From Fibrobacter succinogenes subsp. succinogenes S85 (GTDB taxonomy: Bacteria > Fibrobacterota > Fibrobacteria > Fibrobacterales > Fibrobacteraceae), in the NCBI RefSeq assembly GCF_000146505.1, contig NC_017448.1:780001-812000 (forward strand): a DNA stretch of 32,000 nt. The letters run 5' to 3'. Positions 27,377 through 32,000 of this stretch are shown in pieces. How positions within the stretch are numbered: the first letter of the stretch is position 1; every line of letters begins with the position of its first letter. The position numbers were made by a program, and so were the translations under genes. The notes below the pieces were generated by a model. That model searched no databases, was not told where the DNA came from, and saw only the letters and a program-made list of their open reading frames with translations.

Positions 27377-27737
27377 CAAGGCAAAAAACGGGACCGTTTT
27401 TACATTCGAAGGGAAAAACATCCCCGATTATCTCGTCATATTTTTAAAGTCCGCTTTTCCAAATGTAGAGGAAATCAAGAGCGAAGACAATGAAGAATCC
27501 ATAAATATTATGGATACCGACTGGTTCAAGGAAACGGAAGCCAGGTCCACTCCCGCTGAAAGCTTAAAGCTTTTGCGAACGACCTTCGGCTACACGCAAC
27601 AACAGCTGGCAGACAAAGCAGGAATTACAAAGCAACAAGTATCTGCAATGGAACGAGGCAAAGAGCCTATCGGACGCAAAATGGCACATCGTCTCGCCAA
27701 CGCTCTCGGAACTAGCTACAAGAACCTGTTCTGGTAA
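27345..27737 (+). CDS. XRE-family HTH antitoxin (HigA-like) with extra N-terminal domain
   Basis: GGAGG lies 6 nt before the ATG at 27345, and the gene overlaps the toxin 3' end by 32 nt. The C-terminal LKLLRTTFGYTQQQLADKAGITKQQVSAMERGKEPIG is an HTH_3 motif. Confidence 0.8.
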   Translation: MLEAVKMRLTSKAKNGTVFTFEGKNIPDYLVIFLKSAFPNVEEIKSEDNEESINIMDTDWFKETEARSTPAESLKLLRTTFGYTQQQLADKAGITKQQVSAMERGKEPIGRKMAHRLANALGTSYKNLFW

Positions 27738-27758
27738 CCTTCTTTCTGCAAAAAGCCT

Positions 27759-28664
27759 TTACTTCGCGAATCCCGGAGGGGGCAAGTGCATACCCGCCAT
27801 CAGGAGTTTGTTTTCACGAGCGTATTGCATAATGCGTTTGCGGCTTGCAGCGGATTTTTCCTTGTCCATATCGTAATTGGAATTGATTTCGGGATGATTC
27901 TTTTGCAAAGCATAGCCGTGCATCAAATCGCCGATTACTAGCAAGTTTGAAATTTTGAAAGCGGTATGTCCCGGCGTGTGGCCAACGGCATCCATCGCAA
28001 GCACTCCATGCGGGAGGCTGTCTCCGAACGCAAACAAATGAAGACTATCTTTATAAAGAGCCATGATGTTCTTTTGCAAATCATTTTTCGGGATGTTGTT
28101 CATCCAAGCATCATATTCCACCTTGCCCGCATAAACGGAAGCATTTTTAAAAACCTTTTCCATCTTTCCGGTGCCACCGCTTTTCACAAGACCTGCAATG
28201 TGGTCTGCATGGAAATGCGTCAAGTAGACAAGACCGATGGAATCCGGATTCACTTTCAAAGCATCAAGACGCTTTAAAAGCTGTCCGCCCCACGCGCCAA
28301 GACCAGCATCAAACAAAATGTACTTACCATCCGTTTTTACCAAGAACGTGCTGACAGAAGCAGGGAGCCCTGCCGGCATATTCAAACTTTCGTAAAGTGA
28401 ATCGCTTGCATCGCTGAAAAGTTCGCGAGGCATAAATTTTTTACCCTCGTTATCCTGAATCCAGGTGACAACAGCTCCGTTCGCAAGCGTAATGGTTTTC
28501 GTTCCCTCAACAGCAAGCGTACTCTCTTTTGCAGGAGCCTCAAAATTTGACGCCACCTTACTTTCCGCAGAATCTTTCGTGGAATTTTTTGATTCGTTGC
28601 AACCAACGACAGTCAAAGCAAGCGCTGCGATAAAAGGAATAAAAATATTGTCAAACAGTTTCAT
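27759..28664 (-). CDS. MBL-fold metallo-hydrolase lipoprotein
   Basis: The signal peptide plus lipobox is FIAALALTVVGC. It has the HFHADHIAG (HxHxDH) motif, a later GHTPGH, and a conserved D/H near the C-terminus. Confidence 0.9.
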   Translation of the reverse strand: MKLFDNIFIPFIAALALTVVGCNESKNSTKDSAESKVASNFEAPAKESTLAVEGTKTITLANGAVVTWIQDNEGKKFMPRELFSDASDSLYESLNMPAGLPASVSTFLVKTDGKYILFDAGLGAWGGQLLKRLDALKVNPDSIGLVYLTHFHADHIAGLVKSGGTGKMEKVFKNASVYAGKVEYDAWMNNIPKNDLQKNIMALYKDSLHLFAFGDSLPHGVLAMDAVGHTPGHTAFKISNLLVIGDLMHGYALQKNHPEINSNYDMDKEKSAASRKRIMQYARENKLLMAGMHLPPPGFAK

Positions 28665-28708
28665 AAGAATAAATATATACTAAAAGACGCAGGATTACAT
28701 TCGCAAAC

Positions 28709-28737
28709 TTGACACACAAGACTCATTATCCTATTCT
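28709..28737 (+). promoter_or_regulatory. Sigma70-like promoter TTGACA-17 nt-TATTCT; the ATG lies only 8 nt past the -10 (leaderless-type)
   Basis: TTGACA at 28709-28714 and TATTCT at 28732-28737. The start codon is at 28746 and there is no SD between them. Confidence 0.5.
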
Positions 28738-28745
28738 TTCTGCAA

Positions 28746-29300
28746 ATGCTCCAGTTTTTCGATGTCACAAGAGATGCCCCCTGGTTTCCGCAGGTCAAGG
28801 CGCTGTACGAATCGGCGTTCCCGGCGAACGAACGCATTCCAATAAAGCATTTGCTCGACGATAAAATCAAGCGAGAATTTTGGGCATTTTTCGACAAGGA
28901 AGATGGCAAGAACGCCGCGGCTCCCAAGTTCTGCGGGTTCTCGAACTCCATCACGCACGGGAGCATTACGAACATCGTCTATTTCGCAGTCGTTCCAGAA
29001 CTGCGCAGTCGCGGATACGGCTCACAAATTCTGCAAGTCATTCGCGAACAACACCCCGACACACGCATCGTTGTCGATATCGAAGTCGAAGAAGATTCCA
29101 AGGACGCCGAGGAACTCGAACGCAGAAATCGCCGCCGCGAATTTTATTTACGCAACGGCTTTGGCTCCTCCCCCTTTGATTACGTCTGGCAAGGCGAGCA
29201 CTACCGCCTGCTCACCGCAGGCGGCACAGTCACCGAAAAGGAATTCCGTGACTTCTGGAAAGAAATTCTGAAGAACGTCCCCGGAGCAAAGTACCCGTAA
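28746..29300 (+). CDS. GNAT-family N-acetyltransferase
   Basis: A 184-aa protein. VVPELRSRGYGSQILQ is the acetyl-CoA-binding R/Q-x-x-G-x-G/A motif, and ...FYLRNGF lies near the C-terminus. Confidence 0.85.
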   Translation: MLQFFDVTRDAPWFPQVKALYESAFPANERIPIKHLLDDKIKREFWAFFDKEDGKNAAAPKFCGFSNSITHGSITNIVYFAVVPELRSRGYGSQILQVIREQHPDTRIVVDIEVEEDSKDAEELERRNRRREFYLRNGFGSSPFDYVWQGEHYRLLTAGGTVTEKEFRDFWKEILKNVPGAKYP

Positions 29301-29443
29301 AAATCTGAAAATCAACAGCCACTTCGGCAGCACCAGGGCTCCAAAAAAAATGGCCCAAATCCCAGGAATCCATCCAATTTTTCTGATTTTTTCAGCGTCA
29401 AAACGCTTGCGAACCCGCATAAAATAAGGTATATTCAGAAAGT

Positions 29444-29481
29444 AGATCTTATAGAGGCTCTTTATGAGCTGAGGTAAAACT
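29444..29481 (+). repeat. 38-nt direct repeat, copy 1
   Basis: AGATCTTATAGAGGCTCTTTATGAGCTGAGGTAAAACT. By hand alignment 33 of 38 positions match copy 2. Confidence 0.85.
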
Positions 29482-29608
29482 TTAGTTGCTGCAAAATATA
29501 GAGTTTTTTGGGGTGAACACGAAGATTTCTCAAGTGCTGTTATGCAAACTTGGGGCTTTGATAACTTTAATCCATAAAATATTTATTAGGAAGTGAATAT
29601 TGTTTCAG

Positions 29609-30118
29609 ATGACTCGAAAATTTTTTTTCTTATGCAGCTTTGCTTTTGTGTTTGTATGCACTTCGTGTGATGGAAAGGCCCTTTTTGAAGGCTATGGAGA
29701 GTTTCATTTTAAGAAAAAAACTTCAGATGGGAAACAAATGGAACGTTGTGTGATTGAAGGAAAAAAACTTTCGGTATATGAAGAGAATGTTGAGGCTGAT
29801 TTTTGGAGTCGTCTGTATTTCTCCATTGGTGCGAAAAATTTAAACCGTGTTTATCGATTTGCTTATGAAAATGAATCAGAAAAAGAATTTTTTGGAACAT
29901 ATCAATTTCCTGTAACGACGGGAATAGGGGCTATTCATGAAAATACTGGTATGGTTGTTGTAGAAACATCCGATTTAATAACAATTTTCTATAATAAGGA
30001 ACCTGTAGATGGTTTTTTCATAGAGAAAAACCCATTTTCAAAAAAAATACTTTTTGTATTTAAGTCTAGATTGTCGGAATTAAAACGTAAAGAAGGAGTG
30101 TGTTTTTATTATATATAA
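29609..30118 (+). CDS. Hypothetical small lipoprotein/secreted protein (AT-rich gene)
   Basis: MTRKFFFLCSFAFVFVCTSC is a signal peptide with Cys. I recognise no motif. The codon composition is visibly more AT-rich than the neighbours. Confidence 0.65.
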   Translation: MTRKFFFLCSFAFVFVCTSCDGKALFEGYGEFHFKKKTSDGKQMERCVIEGKKLSVYEENVEADFWSRLYFSIGAKNLNRVYRFAYENESEKEFFGTYQFPVTTGIGAIHENTGMVVVETSDLITIFYNKEPVDGFFIEKNPFSKKILFVFKSRLSELKRKEGVCFYYI

Positions 30119-30208
30119 GTTTATTTTGTTGTTTTTTATTTGTGTTGTATCAAAACTCTTTTATGCCTTGACGAACGCGGCAATGTCATTGTGGCTCATT
30201 CGCCTCTC

Positions 30209-30246
30209 AGATCTTATAGGTGCTCTTTGGGGGCTGAGGTAAAACT
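30209..30246 (+). repeat. 38-nt direct repeat, copy 2
   Basis: AGATCTTATAGGTGCTCTTTGGGGGCTGAGGTAAAACT. Confidence 0.85.
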
Positions 30247-30300
30247 ATCCCTTTGAAAAAGTGGTATATTGTCCTAAAAGAGTTTTATCATGTTTAGTTA

Positions 30301-30336
30301 AGTCTTATAGGGATTCTTTAAAAGCCGAGGCAAGCA
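30301..30336 (+). repeat. Degenerate third copy of the repeat, ending at the RBS/ATG of the GNAT gene
   Basis: AGTCTTATAGGGATTCTTTAAAAGCCGAGGCAAGCA shares TCTTATAGG, TCTTT and GC-GAGG blocks with copies 1 and 2. Here the GAGG serves as the SD for the ATG at 30337. Confidence 0.6.
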
Positions 30337-30783
30337 ATGATAATCGCGATCAACAAAGATGATCCGTGGTGGGAAAAGACCCGCGCTTTCGCGAAAGATT
30401 GCCCATGGCTGCCGGGGCGTCGTTTAGCCGAGCGAATGTCAAAAAACGATTTCCTAGACTGGGAAAAAGTTTTCGTTGCTGTACACGGTGAAGATGTTGT
30501 CGGCTTTTGCGTTCTCGAGGAGAACGGGAACACTCCTGCGCAATTCAATTGCAGCCCCTTTATTAACCTCGTTTACGTTGGCGAAGAATTCCGGGGAGAG
30601 CGGCTATCCAAAAGCTTAATTGACGCAGCGCTTGATTACGCCCAAAGGCTCGGCTATAAAAAAGTTTATCTTAAAAGCGAACATCACGGGCTGTACGAAA
30701 AATACGGATTCAAAAAAATTGCAGATTTTAAGCCAACGGTCGGGCTTGCGAACCAACTGTTTGAAATAGAAATTTCAGTTTAA
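30337..30783 (+). CDS. GNAT-family N-acetyltransferase
   Basis: A 148-aa protein. VYVGEEFRGERLSKSLIDAAL occupies the R-x-x-G-x-x motif position, and ...GLYEKYGFKKI follows. Confidence 0.8.
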   Translation: MIIAINKDDPWWEKTRAFAKDCPWLPGRRLAERMSKNDFLDWEKVFVAVHGEDVVGFCVLEENGNTPAQFNCSPFINLVYVGEEFRGERLSKSLIDAALDYAQRLGYKKVYLKSEHHGLYEKYGFKKIADFKPTVGLANQLFEIEISV

Positions 30784-30822
30784 CGTTAGCCTTTTAGCAC
30801 TCATTCGTGGCAAAAAAATTTT

Positions 30823-30852
30823 TTGACTTTTCCGCCCTTTTTATCCTATATT
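30823..30852 (+). promoter_or_regulatory. Sigma70-like promoter TTGACT-18 nt-TATATT; the ATG lies 6 nt past the -10 (leaderless-type)
   Basis: TTGACT at 30823-30828 and TATATT at 30847-30852. The ATG is at 30859 with no SD. Confidence 0.5.
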
Positions 30853-30858
30853 AAAAGT

Positions 30859-31302
30859 ATGAAATACTTAAAAATGTTTTGTAGGGGTCTGCTAGGGTTA
30901 TTTATGACCTACGCAGGTTTCAGTCACTTGACCATCGCTAGGCAGGAATTCCTAGCGCAGGTCCCATCGTGGTTTCCGCAGAATCCGGGATTCCTGGATT
31001 TCGTGGTATTGGCCTCGGGCGTCGTCGAGATTTTGCTCGGCCTCAGCATGATATTCTTGTACAAGCACAAGGGTACGGTTGGCGTACTGCTTGCTCTGTT
31101 CTACGTTGCTATTTTCCCGGGCAACATCAGCCAGTACGTGAACGGCATCAGCGCTTTCGGGCTCGATACTGACCAGGCCCGATTCATCCGCCTGTTCTTC
31201 CAGCCGGTATTGATTGCCTGGGCGCTCTGGTCCACTGACGGCGTGCAGAAGCTCAAGGAATGGCGAAATCGCTATTGCAACAAACGCAAAGAAAGCAAGT
31301 AA
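30859..31302 (+). CDS. DoxX-like family membrane protein
   Basis: A 147-aa protein with 4 hydrophobic segments. GFSHL...VPSWFP...VVLASGVVEILLGL...AIFPGNI fits the DoxX-like pattern. Confidence 0.7.
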   Translation: MKYLKMFCRGLLGLFMTYAGFSHLTIARQEFLAQVPSWFPQNPGFLDFVVLASGVVEILLGLSMIFLYKHKGTVGVLLALFYVAIFPGNISQYVNGISAFGLDTDQARFIRLFFQPVLIAWALWSTDGVQKLKEWRNRYCNKRKESK

Positions 31303-31336
31303 GCGAGTTCATTAAAAGTCAATTTTTCACAACCGG

Positions 31337-31376
31337 GTACCTATAAATCCACGCCAAACCACGTTTTTATAGGTAC
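31337..31376. promoter_or_regulatory. Perfect 11-bp inverted repeat GTACCTATAAA-(18 nt)-TTTATAGGTAC; candidate operator or RNA hairpin
   Basis: Read directly. It lies in the 267-nt spacer upstream of the glycoside hydrolase gene. Confidence 0.4.
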
Positions 31377-31457
31377 TCCAAACCCACAGCGCAAGAATTG
31401 CGCAAAAGTCCTAAAAAGGCGGAATCTCCGTAAAAAAAACGCCCATCCCTAAAAATG

Positions 31458-31499
31458 CGCCTGTAGTCACAAATGTCCACAGGCGTTTATTTAATTTTT
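31458..31499 (+). terminator. Terminator-like hairpin with T-rich tail
   Basis: CGCCTGT-(14 nt)-ACAGGCG followed by TTTATTTAATTTTT. The loop is large, so confidence is modest. Confidence 0.4.
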
Positions 31500-31569
31500 G
31501 CCAAACTATATTTTGAGTATATATTTACAGGAAAACCGTTCCGCAGGGACCATTTAAAAGGCGTTGTTT

Positions 31570-32000
31570 ATGGGATATTCAAATTTTTTCACAGTGGCTG
31601 CATTCGGCACGCTATTTGCTATCTCCCCCACATTGGCCATCGACATTACCGTTGATGCAAATGCGGGCATCAAGAAAATTTCGCCGTACCTTTACGGGCG
31701 AAACATCGACAAAATCAGCGATGGCGACGCTGAGGTGACCGAAGAAGAGTCTGCCTTCATCAACCAGATGCTCGAAGCAGGCATCCACATGTTGCGAGCG
31801 AACAACGGCAACAATGCCACGCGCTACAATTGGCGTCACAAAATGACAGTTCACCCCGACTGGTATAACAACGTGTACTCGCACGATTGGGCAATTACTG
31901 CACAAAAGGTGCTTGACAAGATGCCGGGAGTCGACGCCATGTACGCCTTCCAGCTCACAGGCTATGCAGCTAGCAGCACTGACTACAACTTTCCCGACTG
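31570..32000 (+). CDS. Secreted glycoside hydrolase, N-terminal part (GH44-like by motif); the 3' end lies outside the window
   Basis: I translated this by hand with no stops to the window end. It starts MGYSNFFTVAAFGTLFAISPTLA (signal peptide), then ISPYLYGRNI ... LRANNGNNATRYNWRHKMTVHPDWYNN, resembling the GGN..T.YNW...DW block of GH44 endoglucanases. Confidence 0.7.
   Translation, partial: MGYSNFFTVAAFGTLFAISPTLAIDITVDANAGIKKISPYLYGRNIDKISDGDAEVTEEESAFINQMLEAGIHMLRANNGNNATRYNWRHKMTVHPDWYNNVYSHDWAITAQKVLDKMPGVDAMYAFQLTGYAASSTDYNFPD

Noticed and set aside
29148-29420. 90-aa minus-strand ORF
   Set aside because: More than half of it overlaps the 3' end of the GNAT gene in antisense, and it has no support beyond being open.
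29444-30336. Interpretation of the 38-nt repeats as integron attC sites or as a known riboswitch
   Set aside because: I could not find the RYYYAAC/GTTRRRY core pair or an extended imperfect palindrome, and no integrase is present. The sequence does not match any riboswitch consensus I can recall (preQ1, fluoride, guanidine, ZTP, SAM variants). It is kept only as an unexplained repeat.
1-32000. Scan for tRNA, rRNA, CRISPR arrays, transposases, integrases and phage structural genes
   Set aside because: I recognised none by eye in any frame. The accessory segments therefore lack an obvious mobility gene within this window.

Overview
This looks like a Fibrobacter-type chromosomal segment. That is an inference from two lipoproteins carrying the Fibrobacter succinogenes major paralogous domain (repeated CPxGWHLPxxxEW ... 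RCxxD modules) and from a TIGR02147/DUF4423-type gene fragment. The backbone is housekeeping genes: the 3' end of a GspE/PilB-like ATPase, a CHC2/Toprim primase-like protein, murB, rlmI, an FGGY sugar kinase, a TPR protein, a PAP2 phosphatase, an ArsR-methyltransferase fusion, a YfhO-like membrane protein, class II ilvC, an SDR, an MBL-fold lipoprotein, two GNATs, a DoxX-like protein and the 5' end of a secreted glycoside hydrolase. The most interesting region is a mosaic accessory stretch between the YfhO-like gene and ilvC (about 16.4-21.8 kb). It holds (i) a visibly AT-rich two-gene cassette, a GIY-YIG nuclease with an unknown N-terminal domain plus a multi-zinc-ribbon/coiled-coil/4-TM protein, which is my best candidate for an uncharacterised defence-type module. 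It also holds (ii) a run of decayed native genes: a frameshifted SGNH esterase, the C-terminal stub of a secreted carbohydrate-active enzyme, and a 5'-truncated TIGR02147 gene. Finally it holds (iii) a second AT-rich single-gene cassette with UDG-superfamily-like motifs, bracketed by imperfect direct repeats of about 67-70 bp. Elsewhere there are a cold-shock-domain/TM/barnase fusion with no adjacent barstar, a FISUMP lipoprotein interrupted at a G8 tract, and a HigBA-like pair with an apparently frameshifted toxin. There is also a third AT-rich gene bracketed by 38-nt direct repeats, near-consensus sigma70-type promoters that imply leaderless mRNAs, and a GC-rich hairpin cluster in the ilvC leader. 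I saw no rRNA, tRNA, CRISPR array, transposase or integrase. All family assignments come from motif recognition by eye and no searches were run.
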